The position numbers and the translations under genes were made by a program. This document shows positions 18,493-27,773 of a stretch of 64,000 bases of DNA, in pieces; positions within the stretch are counted from its first letter, which is position 1; every line of letters begins with the position of its first letter. Under the pieces are notes generated by a model that saw only the letters and a program-made list of their open reading frames with translations, did no database searches and had not been told where the DNA came from. The stretch spans positions 25,370 to 89,369 of the IMG/VR virus record IMGVR_UViG_3300020201_000015. One strand, written 5' to 3'. The DNA comes from a virus.

Positions 18493-19541
18493 CTGACGAA
18501 CTAACCGTCGACGAGCGCGCCATCGCGCTCCTGCGCAGAGAGAACGTGGCGCTTGGCGCGATGCTGAGCATGCGCGAGGACGAGCGCGACCATGCCATCC
18601 GCCAGCGCGAGTCGACGATCGAGAGCGGAATCGTGCGGCACCTCAAGCTGCGCATCGAACGTGACGAGGCCCGCGCATCACGCGGCGAGGCCGAGGCCAC
18701 CATCGCCGAGCTGCGCCGCGAGCGCGACGGTTGGGAGCTGGGCGCCGCCGAGCGCGCCCGCGACGACGCGGCTATCCTCGAGGGGCGGCAACACCAGCTG
18801 AAGGCCATGTGCCGCGAGCGCGACGAGGCCCGTAGCGAGCGCGACTCGGCGCAGTCGAGCGAGTGCGAGGTCAGAGATCTGCGCGGCAAGCTGGCCGCCG
18901 TCGTCGCCGAACTCGGGGACATCGCGACCCGCCGCAAGGCAGCACTGCGCGGCGAGGATGCGGCGCGCGCCGACATGGCAGTCGCGTTAGCTGGCGTCGT
19001 CGCCGAGCGAGACGCGGCGCTACTCAAGCTCGTGCTCGCCGAGTCCACCATCGAGGGTGGTCGCGCCGCCGCCGCAGAAGAGCGCCGGCGCCTGTCCGAT
19101 GTGGCAGACGTCTGTACCGAGCAGGTGCTGCTCGCCGATGCCACCATCGACGAGTTGCGCCGCGAGCGCGACGAGGCGCAGGCGAAGCTCGAAGCGGTGC
19201 GGGCGCGTGTGCAGAGCGCCGGAGCGCTCTGGGTCACGTACGAGGTCGCCGACAGGGAGACCGCCGCCGAAGTGGCGGCCGCCTACGCGCTAGCCGAGGC
19301 CTTCGGCGCGATGAGCGGCGAACTGCTCGGCGCTCATGCGGAGCCGCGAGCACATGTCGACGCGATAGCGGCAGGACCGCCTCCGATCTCGGCGAGCTGG
19401 GAAGGCCGCATCCGGAAGCTGGAGGCGGCAGAGCGACAGCGCGCCTGCGCCGACGACGGCCACGCCAGCCACCGCTGGGAGCAGGACCCGAGCACCGGCT
19501 GGCTCCTGTGCCTCCGATGCGGAGAAGAGAAAAGTCCATGA
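18489..19541 (+). CDS. long coiled-coil protein with ERD repeats
   Basis: Repeated ERD(E)AR and TIxELRRERD units; C-terminal CLRC. Confidence 0.6.
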   Translation: MTDELTVDERAIALLRRENVALGAMLSMREDERDHAIRQRESTIESGIVRHLKLRIERDEARASRGEAEATIAELRRERDGWELGAAERARDDAAILEGRQHQLKAMCRERDEARSERDSAQSSECEVRDLRGKLAAVVAELGDIATRRKAALRGEDAARADMAVALAGVVAERDAALLKLVLAESTIEGGRAAAAEERRRLSDVADVCTEQVLLADATIDELRRERDEAQAKLEAVRARVQSAGALWVTYEVADRETAAEVAAAYALAEAFGAMSGELLGAHAEPRAHVDAIAAGPPPISASWEGRIRKLEAAERQRACADDGHASHRWEQDPSTGWLLCLRCGEEKSP

Positions 19542-20131
19542 AAACCAGGCCGATCTTGTTCAGCGGACCGATGGTTCGAGCTTTGTTGGCAGGGTCGAAG
19601 ACCCAGACGCGCCGGCTCGTGAAGGCGCGCGCAGCCCCATACGGCGCAGCTGGCGACCGCCTCTACGTGCGCGAGACCTGGTGCGAATGGGCCAGTCGCG
19701 AAGCGCGGTACCGCGCCGACTTTAAGCCTCGCTATGGCGCGCACGAACGCGACATGCCCGGCATGATCGAGCGGGTCGAGCAATGGAAGCCGTCGATCTT
19801 CATGCCGCGGTGGGCATCGCGCATCCTCCTCGATGTCACGTCGGTGCGAGTCGAGAAGCTGCAAGCAATCACCGAGGAGGACGCGCGCGCAGAGGGCCTC
19901 ACGAGGCTCAGCAAGGACGGCGGAAGGACCTGGAAGTGGGGCCTCGCAGACCGAGACGGCTTGCCCGGTACCGACGACGACGGCATGGAGTGGCAGGACT
20001 GGGACGTCGATGCGCGACGCCCTTATGCCAAGCTCTGGGATCGGATCAACGGCGACCGCGCGCCGTGGGAGTCCGACCCGATGGTCTGGGTCATCGGCTT
20101 TCGGCGGGCCGAAGCGAAGGAGGCGAAGTGA
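19538..20131 (+). CDS. ASCH/PUA-like phage protein
   Basis: RPILFSGPMVRALLAGSKTQTRR, GDRLYVRETW, WKPSIFMPRWASR, DPMVWVIGF. Confidence 0.8.
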   Translation: MKTRPILFSGPMVRALLAGSKTQTRRLVKARAAPYGAAGDRLYVRETWCEWASREARYRADFKPRYGAHERDMPGMIERVEQWKPSIFMPRWASRILLDVTSVRVEKLQAITEEDARAEGLTRLSKDGGRTWKWGLADRDGLPGTDDDGMEWQDWDVDARRPYAKLWDRINGDRAPWESDPMVWVIGFRRAEAKEAK

Positions 20132-21168
20132 TGGACTACGACGATCACGAGCAGTACTCGCCGAGGTACGCCTCGGACCAGGCCTACTGGCGAGGCGTGA
20201 AGGCCACTCAGTTCCTTCATCTGGCAGCTGGCTCACCGCTCCCGCATGACGCCGAGGGCGGCGACATCCCGCCCAAGGCGCAGCCCGGTAGCAGCTGCGC
20301 ATCGTGCGGCGCGGTCGCCATGTATCGCCTCGACCAGTCGATATCTGACAACTTCACCACGATGAAGAACAACTCCAGGGCATGGCCAGTGGGCGGCGAC
20401 TCGATCTGCGCAGCGTGCCTTTGGTGCTGCCGCTCGCTCGCGCTTCGATGCGGGCTGTTCTTCGCTCGCCTACCCGACGATCGTGGGCGCGGTGGGATCT
20501 GGTTCACGCCCGTCCGTCCGCTACCAGGATGGGAGAATCCGAAACCCGGCGCCACGGAAACGTGGCCCGTCATGGGTCGCCCGGACCCGCTCGCGGCGCT
20601 GCTCGCCCCGCCTCCGGCCCCGTTCGTTGCAGGGTTCCCTCTCTATGGCATCGACCACGGCGGAGAGGCGAACAGCCAGCGCGTGGTGTGGCAGTGGACC
20701 AACGAGGACGGGACGCAGCGGAGGCACGTGCCGGGCATGTCCGAGAAGATGAAGCTCCAAAAGGACGGCACGAAGAAGCTCGAGACCGTCGGGCCGCTCA
20801 TCAAGATCCAGAGCAAGCACACCGCGCTCTACTGCCGCATCTCCGGGTCCTCGGAGCGCTACCACCTTCAGGTCGACGACGCCCTCGATGTGATGGTCGA
20901 CGTCCCGCTGTGGCGCTCGCTCCTGTCGTTTGCCGAGCCTCTGCTGGATGACCTTCGCGGCGCCGGCGTCGGCGCGCAGGACGCCCGCGCATCTCTCGTG
21001 TCGCTCAAGCCTCCGGCGGGCGCGCCGATATCTCTCTTGTCGACTTGGAGCGCGCGCGTAGCGCCATTCGTTAGGCACGCGTCCGCTTCGTGGTGGAGTC
21101 GCGTGTTCGTCGCACTGATGCCGATGCCTGATCTCGTGATCCAACCCAAGAAAGACCGTGCAACATGA
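20131..21168 (+). CDS. csf1: type IV CRISPR large subunit Csf1 (Cas8-like)
   Basis: CASC..SDNFTT..ICAAC Zn finger, PPPAPF, QSKH; directly upstream of csf2. Confidence 0.7.
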   Translation: MDYDDHEQYSPRYASDQAYWRGVKATQFLHLAAGSPLPHDAEGGDIPPKAQPGSSCASCGAVAMYRLDQSISDNFTTMKNNSRAWPVGGDSICAACLWCCRSLALRCGLFFARLPDDRGRGGIWFTPVRPLPGWENPKPGATETWPVMGRPDPLAALLAPPPAPFVAGFPLYGIDHGGEANSQRVVWQWTNEDGTQRRHVPGMSEKMKLQKDGTKKLETVGPLIKIQSKHTALYCRISGSSERYHLQVDDALDVMVDVPLWRSLLSFAEPLLDDLRGAGVGAQDARASLVSLKPPAGAPISLLSTWSARVAPFVRHASASWWSRVFVALMPMPDLVIQPKKDRAT

Positions 21169-22673
21169 CCACCGTTCGGGATATCGAGATCGCCCGCGCC
21201 CGCGCTAGCTACCTGTTCCGCGCGTTCTGGAAGCGCATCGAGTGGGAGTCTCTCGGGAAGGACCGTCGACGAGGTATCACCAAGGAGGCGCAGGAGGCGC
21301 TGTGGCCGATCGCGCTCTCGTCGCGGTCGACGCTCGAGGTGTGCCGCGCCTTCGCGACGCGCTTCGAGGTCCAGCTGTCAGGTACCGAGTACGACGCGCC
21401 TCCGTACGCTTGGATTCACAAGAGTTTCATCGCCGATGGCACGCCAAGTGAAGCGCGGGCGAACATGCCGCCGGACCACGTCGCTGTGCGATGGGACTTC
21501 CTCGCGCGCACGATTGACTTCGCCGCGCTGCGGCTCGTCGTGCATGAGAACCCGGCGCTGATCATCACGTTCGCCGCGATGGATCCGATCGACGGCGAGG
21601 CAGATCTGTTTCCACTGCCCGATGACGAGGGTGCGGACGGCGCGCACTGGGCCGCGCCGCTCCCCGAGCGGATGATCTCGCCGCGCGTGTTCCGCGCCTG
21701 CTGGACCACGCTCTCGCCGATGTTTCATGGCGCCGACGAGAAGAGCGGCAACGTGCTCACGTTCCGCCGCGAGAAGCGCGTGGACCCGCACACTGGGGCG
21801 ATCGATCTCGTGCCGTTCATCTCTGGCAACGCGTTCCGCGGGCAGCTTCGCGACCGGCTCTTCGGTCGGATGCTGATGTTGCTCGGGATGAAGCCGACCG
21901 ACCTGCCGCCGGCGCGAGCGCATGCGCTCTTCTCCGGCGGCGCGATCGACGCAGGCGCAGATGGCGGCAAGGCAGACGTGACGGCTCGTCGCGCAGCCAG
22001 GTCGCTCGCCCCGGCGTGGGATCTCATCGCTGGATGCATCGACCAGCAGATCATGGAGGGCGTGCTGCGCGTCCACGACGCACACCTTGTCTGCCGCGAG
22101 AACGCATGGCTACTCCACGCGATGCTGTCTCCGACGCTGCCAGACGGCTCTTCGATGCCGCTCGACACCTTCCGCGCCGCGCTCAAGCCGGCTGACGACC
22201 TGACGCAATTGCGGCTCGGGACTCGTCACGCCCACCGCGACTTCGACGCCGCCGACGGCATCCAGATGTTGTGGAACACGGAGGGCATCCTGCCGGGGTC
22301 GCAGATGGTCCACTCGCTTCAGGTACACGGCATGGCTGGTGTTTCCGAGCTGACTCTGTCGTGCCTCGCTGACGTGCTCGCGGACTTTCGCGATGACGCC
22401 TTCGTCGGCGCGCAGACGGCCAGAGGGTACGGGCGGATCGCGTTCGACCCGTATCGATCGCTCGATGTCGAACTGCCTTCGCCAGACGTCTACAGGCAAT
22501 TCCTGCTGGAGAAGGCAGACGAGATCAAGGCTTGGCTCATGGGCGGCAATGGCGGGACACAGGTCGTCGCGGCGGGCGCGTCGACCGGGAGGCGCAGCAA
22601 GAAGAGCGCGGTCGAGGTCGTCACGGATTCGATCGTCACAGAGTCCGCCTCGCTGCAAGGCGGGCTGTTCTGA
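21165..22673 (+). CDS. csf2: type IV Cas7-family backbone Csf2 with an N-terminal small-subunit-like domain
   Basis: TTLSPMFHG, VPFISGNAFRGQLRD, LFSGG, G-rich loop VGAQTARGYG. Confidence 0.85.
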   Translation: MTTVRDIEIARARASYLFRAFWKRIEWESLGKDRRRGITKEAQEALWPIALSSRSTLEVCRAFATRFEVQLSGTEYDAPPYAWIHKSFIADGTPSEARANMPPDHVAVRWDFLARTIDFAALRLVVHENPALIITFAAMDPIDGEADLFPLPDDEGADGAHWAAPLPERMISPRVFRACWTTLSPMFHGADEKSGNVLTFRREKRVDPHTGAIDLVPFISGNAFRGQLRDRLFGRMLMLLGMKPTDLPPARAHALFSGGAIDAGADGGKADVTARRAARSLAPAWDLIAGCIDQQIMEGVLRVHDAHLVCRENAWLLHAMLSPTLPDGSSMPLDTFRAALKPADDLTQLRLGTRHAHRDFDAADGIQMLWNTEGILPGSQMVHSLQVHGMAGVSELTLSCLADVLADFRDDAFVGAQTARGYGRIAFDPYRSLDVELPSPDVYRQFLLEKADEIKAWLMGGNGGTQVVAAGASTGRRSKKSAVEVVTDSIVTESASLQGGLF

Positions 22674-23437
22674 TGTCCTGGCTCCGGCACAACCTGGGGT
22701 GGCTCCAACGCGCCGGCGAGCGATGGGGCTGCGCCCACGCGGAGCCGCTGCGCTTGCGGGCGTGGATGGCTTCTCCGGTCATCTGGGACGCGTACGATGG
22801 GCTGCGACTTGAGGGCGCTCTTCAGTACGCGGTAGTCGCGCTCGAGTCTGGCAGCGTGCCTAGCGACGTCTTCGCCGATGCGCCGCGGGACATCGCCGTC
22901 GACATCCCGATCCCGATCGTCGACGTGGAGATAGGCGGGAGGCGGATCGCGTGCGCCTCGGTCGCCTTGGCTCCGCCATGCGCCATCGAGACGGTGCGAT
23001 TCATCCGCCGGCGAGCGCGAGTCGAGGCGCTTGCTGTCGGCAAGGTGCTGATCTCGGGCGGTCCGTACAAGTCGACGAACATCCCCAAGGCGACGGTGAC
23101 GACGCCGTGGGTCGACTTCTTCGTGCGCGGAGATCGGGCTCGCCTGGCGACGCTGCTCAAGGACGTCTCCTCGCTGTCCGCCTCTCGCGCAGGTGGGCTC
23201 GGCGTCGTGCTCGGGTGGCAGATCGACGATGACCCGGACGACCGGTCTTTGGTCTACCGCGACGCGCCGCAGCGCACGCTTCCGCTGGTCTCGGACGGCG
23301 GCGAGTGGGACCTGCAACGGTTCGACCCGACGACATACGAGATCCGCGAGGCGACGACGCGGGCGCCGTACTGGCATCAGCGGAGCAGGGCGGAGTGCCT
23401 GACGCCTGTGCCCCGCAGAGAGGCGGCGGCAGCGTGA
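22673..23437 (+). CDS. csf3: type IV Cas5-family Csf3
   Basis: PLRLRAWMASPV..LEGAL, GPYKS, FFVRGD, RAGGLGVV, C-terminal RAPYW. Confidence 0.8.
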   Translation: MSWLRHNLGWLQRAGERWGCAHAEPLRLRAWMASPVIWDAYDGLRLEGALQYAVVALESGSVPSDVFADAPRDIAVDIPIPIVDVEIGGRRIACASVALAPPCAIETVRFIRRRARVEALAVGKVLISGGPYKSTNIPKATVTTPWVDFFVRGDRARLATLLKDVSSLSASRAGGLGVVLGWQIDDDPDDRSLVYRDAPQRTLPLVSDGGEWDLQRFDPTTYEIREATTRAPYWHQRSRAECLTPVPRREAAAA

Positions 23438-24189
23438 CGGGTGCCTTCGACCTCCGTGAGCTGCCGTCCTTCGCGTCGGATCCGTGGTTCGCTCCGCCTC
23501 CCGCGTTCGACTCGTGGATGCCTGGCGGGGCATGTGAGCTGCGCATGTCGCAGTCGGCAACGCTGACCCAGGTGCATGGCGCAGTGTCCGCTGTGCTCGG
23601 GGACAGCGGAGTCGACCACGGCCGGCGGTTCTCTCCGTTTGCGCTCGACGTCGACGGTCTCCGGAGGGTGAGGCTGATTCTACACACCGAAGAGGCCGCG
23701 GCGGTCATCGCGCACGGACGGTTTCAGACCATGGTAGGCGACCGGCGGGCGACTCTGAGCGTAGGGCCACTGCAACGCATCCGGGCGCCAGTGGTCCATG
23801 GACTCGGGCCGCGCAGGGTCAGAGTCGAAGCGCTCACGCCGGTGCTGATCCGGCATCGCGTGACCGACGAAACGAGGCCGAGCGGCAAGGTCACGCTGAC
23901 CTATCGGAGCGGCCACACCGACCAGATCGCGAATGCGGTTGGTGTGCAATTTTGCGAGCGCCTCGGGCTCCCATACGTCGAGTTGCTCCGAATGGAACAC
24001 GTCGACTCGAGCACGTCACCTGCGGTGGTGAACCTCGGGCGCAAGATCAAAGGAATAGCCGGATGGGTCGGAACGGTCGACCTGCGTACGAACGGGGTCG
24101 GCGAGTGGCTGCTGCGCGCGGCCGAGATCATGGGGCTCGGCGGACGGACCGCCTACGGCCTTGGCAGGGTGAGGGTCACGCGATGCTAG
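23434..24189 (+). CDS. cas6: Cas6-family RAMP endoribonuclease
   Basis: LTPVLIR, GWVG, terminal GLGGRTAYGLGRV (GxGxxxxxGxG loop). Confidence 0.8.
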   Translation: MTGAFDLRELPSFASDPWFAPPPAFDSWMPGGACELRMSQSATLTQVHGAVSAVLGDSGVDHGRRFSPFALDVDGLRRVRLILHTEEAAAVIAHGRFQTMVGDRRATLSVGPLQRIRAPVVHGLGPRRVRVEALTPVLIRHRVTDETRPSGKVTLTYRSGHTDQIANAVGVQFCERLGLPYVELLRMEHVDSSTSPAVVNLGRKIKGIAGWVGTVDLRTNGVGEWLLRAAEIMGLGGRTAYGLGRVRVTRC

Positions 24190-24479
24190 CTGACGCCGTC
24201 GTGAACGTGATGTGCCACTGCGGGTCAGCTGTCGCCCGTGGCCGACAGCTCTACTGCTCCGCTCGCTGCGCCGAGGTCGCATGGGTCGAGAAAACCACCG
24301 ATCGAGTCGTCGCCGCCAACCGCGCCCGCATCGCTGCCCGTCAGGGCCCGTGTCGCGTGTGCCAGAGTCCGATCGCAGGCTACCGCTGGCGCGAGACGTG
24401 CTCGCGCAAGTGCTACAGGCGGCTCTTCGTTTACCGGCAATGGAAGGAGTGGCCGACGTCTCAAGATCGCTTGCGCTAG
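24183..24479 (+). CDS. small Zn-finger protein
   Basis: Two CxC/CxxC..CSxxC units (YCSARC, TCSRKC). Confidence 0.6.
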   Translation: MLADAVVNVMCHCGSAVARGRQLYCSARCAEVAWVEKTTDRVVAANRARIAARQGPCRVCQSPIAGYRWRETCSRKCYRRLFVYRQWKEWPTSQDRLR

Positions 24480-24500
24480 CGGTATCCTAGCGCGTACAGT
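24471..24500 (+). promoter_or_regulatory. putative promoter with overlapping palindrome
   Basis: TTGCGC-N18-TACAGT; GCGCTAG-N7-CTAGCGC inverted repeat at 24473-24493. Confidence 0.4.
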
Positions 24501-24576
24501 CCTGATCGACTGAAGCGGCGGCGCGGTGCTGATACACCCGCCGCCATGGCCAGACCCTCTTCCAAGGATCCGACTC

Positions 24577-25179
24577 GTGAGTCATAGCACCAGTTACCGA
24601 GTGCAAGTCGGCGACATACAGAACGGCTCCCCGATCGACTTGCTCATGCGCGGCGAGAAGGCCGACATCGTCTACTCGGACCCGCCATGGGGACAGGGGA
24701 ACCTGACCTACTGGCGGACCCACAACGGAGAGCGCGAGCGAGTCTCATGGGTCGACTTCATTGGCACGTTTTGCGCTGCCGTTGTCGCTCACGCGAAGCC
24801 CGGCGCCCACGTGTTCGTGGAGATGGGCGAGCGATGGGTCGACGAGATGGCAGCGATATTTGAGGCGCTAGGCCTGCCAGAGTCTCAGCGCTGGCGATGC
24901 TTCTACAGCAATCCGAAGTTGCCCAACGTCCTGTGGTACTCGGGACCAGGCACCACTGCCAATCCGTCTGGCATGAGCGGGGTGGCGATGACGGCTCACG
25001 TGCTGCGCTCGGTCGCAACAGTCGGCGCTCTCGTGCTCGATCCGTGTTGCGGCAAGGGCATGACCGGCCGCACCGCGATGCGCCTCGGGATGCGCTTCGC
25101 TGGCAACGAGCTAAACCCGAAGCGACTCGCCGTGACCCAGTCGTGGTGCGAGCGCTACGTGGCGGGCAAGACGCGATGA
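24577..25179 (+). CDS. amino (N4/N6) DNA methyltransferase-like protein
   Basis: ADIVYSDPPW (motif IV) precedes VLDPCCGKG (motif I); compact. Confidence 0.75.
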   Translation: MSHSTSYRVQVGDIQNGSPIDLLMRGEKADIVYSDPPWGQGNLTYWRTHNGERERVSWVDFIGTFCAAVVAHAKPGAHVFVEMGERWVDEMAAIFEALGLPESQRWRCFYSNPKLPNVLWYSGPGTTANPSGMSGVAMTAHVLRSVATVGALVLDPCCGKGMTGRTAMRLGMRFAGNELNPKRLAVTQSWCERYVAGKTR

Positions 25180-26048
25180 TCCGCGTCGGCTGCGACGCAC
25201 CTTCCAAGCTTACAACGGTTGCGTCGACCATCGCCAGCACGGGCGCACGCAAGGTGGTAGCGATCTCGCCAGCCAGGTTCCGCCTTGAGCTACCCGACTG
25301 CGGGGCCCTGGTCGAGCACATCGAATGGGCCGAGGTCATACAGTACAAGCACTTCTACCGCCTCGTGCAAGAGACCGACTCGTCGACCCTAGTCGTCGTC
25401 AACGAGTGCCTGCGAACGCAGAGCAGGCACGACCTGACGTACAACTGCATCCGTCACTTCCTCAACCAGACGCCGCACCAGGTCATCTTCCAGCGGTTCC
25501 CGATCATCGACTCTCTCGACGATCTCATGACGCTGGTCGACTTCGACACGCGCAGTAGGTGGAAGCGCGAGCCATTCGACCGCGCGATGCTCGCGGACAT
25601 CGACATCGCGGTGGAGCGGCGCGACGTCACGCTAAGTGCCGTGGACGTCGAGACCGACGAGGCTACGCGCGTCGCCTACGGGCGCGAGAAGCGCCGACTG
25701 CTTGACGGCATCGGCCTCAAGGACCCGCACACGATCCCTCGCAACCTGCACCTGATGGCTGGCAAGTCGAAGATGGCAGTGGCCGCCGCCGACCAGCTCT
25801 ACGTCGGCCGCAACGCCCGCCTTGGCATTCGCGGGCTCGAGACATATCGCGACGTCGCCACGACAGAGCCGCGGGACGTCTTCGAGTTCTGTCACAACGT
25901 GATCGACTTCTCTGACTTTCTCGCCGTCACCGGGCAGAGCGTCGTTCGCGCGCTCGTCTCCGATCTTCGAGTTGATCGCTGGTACTTCGACCGCTTCACC
26001 GCTTGGGCACGGAGGGTCAGCGATGCCTACTCAGCGATACTCGGGTGA
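25176..26048 (+). CDS. hypothetical protein, possibly a degenerate helicase fold
   Basis: Coupled between the MTase and the IbrA-like gene; LVVVNEC weakly resembles a Walker B. Confidence 0.55.
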   Translation: MIRVGCDAPSKLTTVASTIASTGARKVVAISPARFRLELPDCGALVEHIEWAEVIQYKHFYRLVQETDSSTLVVVNECLRTQSRHDLTYNCIRHFLNQTPHQVIFQRFPIIDSLDDLMTLVDFDTRSRWKREPFDRAMLADIDIAVERRDVTLSAVDVETDEATRVAYGREKRRLLDGIGLKDPHTIPRNLHLMAGKSKMAVAAADQLYVGRNARLGIRGLETYRDVATTEPRDVFEFCHNVIDFSDFLAVTGQSVVRALVSDLRVDRWYFDRFTAWARRVSDAYSAILG

Positions 26049-27150
26049 GACCGTTCTTGAGGCCGCGCGTAGACGCATGGCGTTCGTGTTCGACTCCTTC
26101 CAGGAGATCATCGTTTCGATCAGCGGCGGGAAGGACTCCACCGTCCTCGCTCACCTCGCTCTCGTAGAGGCGCATCGCCGAGGGCGGCGCGTCGGGATGT
26201 TCTTCCTGGACGAGGAGGTCATGTACCAGGAGAGCGTCGAGCAAGTCGACTACCTGATGTCGCTCTACCCGGAGAACACCAAGCGCATGTGGCTCCAGGT
26301 GCCTTTCCGCCTGACCAACGCGACGTCCGTGGAGGCCGGTCAGCTCGACTGCTGGGCGCCGGGCGAACACAAGGTGTGGATGCGCCCGAAGCGGGCCGAC
26401 GCGGTCAAGGCGAAGCCTTGGGACATCGCCACCGAGACCGTAGCGTGCGCGGCTAAGGGATTCGGCTTCTACGACGCCATCGCCAACTTCGAGCGGACCC
26501 ACCACGGAGCCGCGTTTCTCGTTGGGCTGCGCGCGGCTGGCGAGTCGCCCAACCGGTGGCGCGCCGTCGTGAAGAACCCGATCGACGTCGCCGGCAAGTC
26601 GGTCTTCTGGGGCACCAAGAAGCGCGACAATTCCGTTCTCTACCCGGTCTTTGACTGGAACCACCACGACGTGTGGCGGTACATCCACGACGAGAAGATC
26701 CGCTACTCCAAGGTGTACGACTGGCAGTTTCGCAAGGGCTACGCGCTCAACCAGATGCGCGTGTCGTCGCTTATTCACGAGCGCGCCTTCAAGTCGATCT
26801 GCGACTTGCCAGAGTTCGAGCCCAAGACGTTCGAGCGGCTCAGTCGACGGATCAAGGGCATCTCCATGGCCCAAGAGACCGGCAAGAGCGCCAAGATGTT
26901 CGCCTGTCGGAAGCTGCCGAAGAACTTCCGATCGTGGCGAACCTACCGCGACTTTCTGTTTGCTACGCACTCGGACCAGGCGCGGCGGCCCATCTTCGAG
27001 CGGCGCTTCGCGAAGCAGCTCGACAACGAACACGTGGCCCGGCAGCAATGCCGGCAGCTCATCCTGAACGACTACGAGAACAACCTTCCCGTCGACAACA
27101 AGCCAGACCCGCGAGACGAGACGATCCGCTACTACGAGGAGGTCCTGTGA
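26023..27150 (+). CDS. IbrA-like PAPS-reductase-family protein
   Basis: PP-loop SISGGKDS, FLDEE, LVGLRA.ES.NR, YPVFDW, MRVSS; adjacent to a ParB-like partner. Confidence 0.8.
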   Translation: MPTQRYSGETVLEAARRRMAFVFDSFQEIIVSISGGKDSTVLAHLALVEAHRRGRRVGMFFLDEEVMYQESVEQVDYLMSLYPENTKRMWLQVPFRLTNATSVEAGQLDCWAPGEHKVWMRPKRADAVKAKPWDIATETVACAAKGFGFYDAIANFERTHHGAAFLVGLRAAGESPNRWRAVVKNPIDVAGKSVFWGTKKRDNSVLYPVFDWNHHDVWRYIHDEKIRYSKVYDWQFRKGYALNQMRVSSLIHERAFKSICDLPEFEPKTFERLSRRIKGISMAQETGKSAKMFACRKLPKNFRSWRTYRDFLFATHSDQARRPIFERRFAKQLDNEHVARQQCRQLILNDYENNLPVDNKPDPRDETIRYYEEVL

Positions 27151-27773
27151 CGAAACGACGAGAAGCGTCCGTGCTGAGAATCGACACCGCAGAACAGGGA
27201 CTCGCCGCAGTGGCATCGCGGTCCGTGGAGTACGTCACGGCCGCATCCGGGAAGCGCGTCCCTGTGCCATGCATGTCGACGTGGCTGGTGAGCCCGGCGA
27301 TGGTGGTGGCCAATGGGTACAACCCGAACCACGTACCAGAGGAGAAGATGAAGCTGCTTCGGCAGAGCATCCTCGATAACGGGTTTTGCTTCCCCATCGT
27401 CACGATATGGGACGCCGAGCAGGAAAAGTTCATCATCGTCGACGGCTTCCACCGAAGTCTCGTCGCGAGCGGCGAGTGGCTCGGGCTCGACTACGTGCCG
27501 ATCGTGGTGCTCGACCACGGGCCGCGGCAGCGCATGGCGGCCACGGTGCAATTCAACAAGGCGCGGGGCGTCCACCAGGTGGACCTCGACGCCGAGGTGA
27601 TTCGCGCGCTCATCGAGCAGGGCATGTCCGAAGACGAGATCTCGACCCATCTTGGAATCGATCTGGAGACCATCCATCGGTACAAGCAGGTGACTGGCGT
27701 GGCCGCGCTGTTCGCCAAGGCCGACTACTCGCGAGCATGGGAGATGGTCGACGATGACGTCGTCAGCCCGTGA
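27147..27773 (+). CDS. IbrB-like ParB/sulfiredoxin-domain protein
   Basis: ANGYNPNHV, SILDNGF..PIV, IVDGFHR, TVQFNKARG, C-terminal HTH. Confidence 0.85.
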   Translation: MTKRREASVLRIDTAEQGLAAVASRSVEYVTAASGKRVPVPCMSTWLVSPAMVVANGYNPNHVPEEKMKLLRQSILDNGFCFPIVTIWDAEQEKFIIVDGFHRSLVASGEWLGLDYVPIVVLDHGPRQRMAATVQFNKARGVHQVDLDAEVIRALIEQGMSEDEISTHLGIDLETIHRYKQVTGVAALFAKADYSRAWEMVDDDVVSP

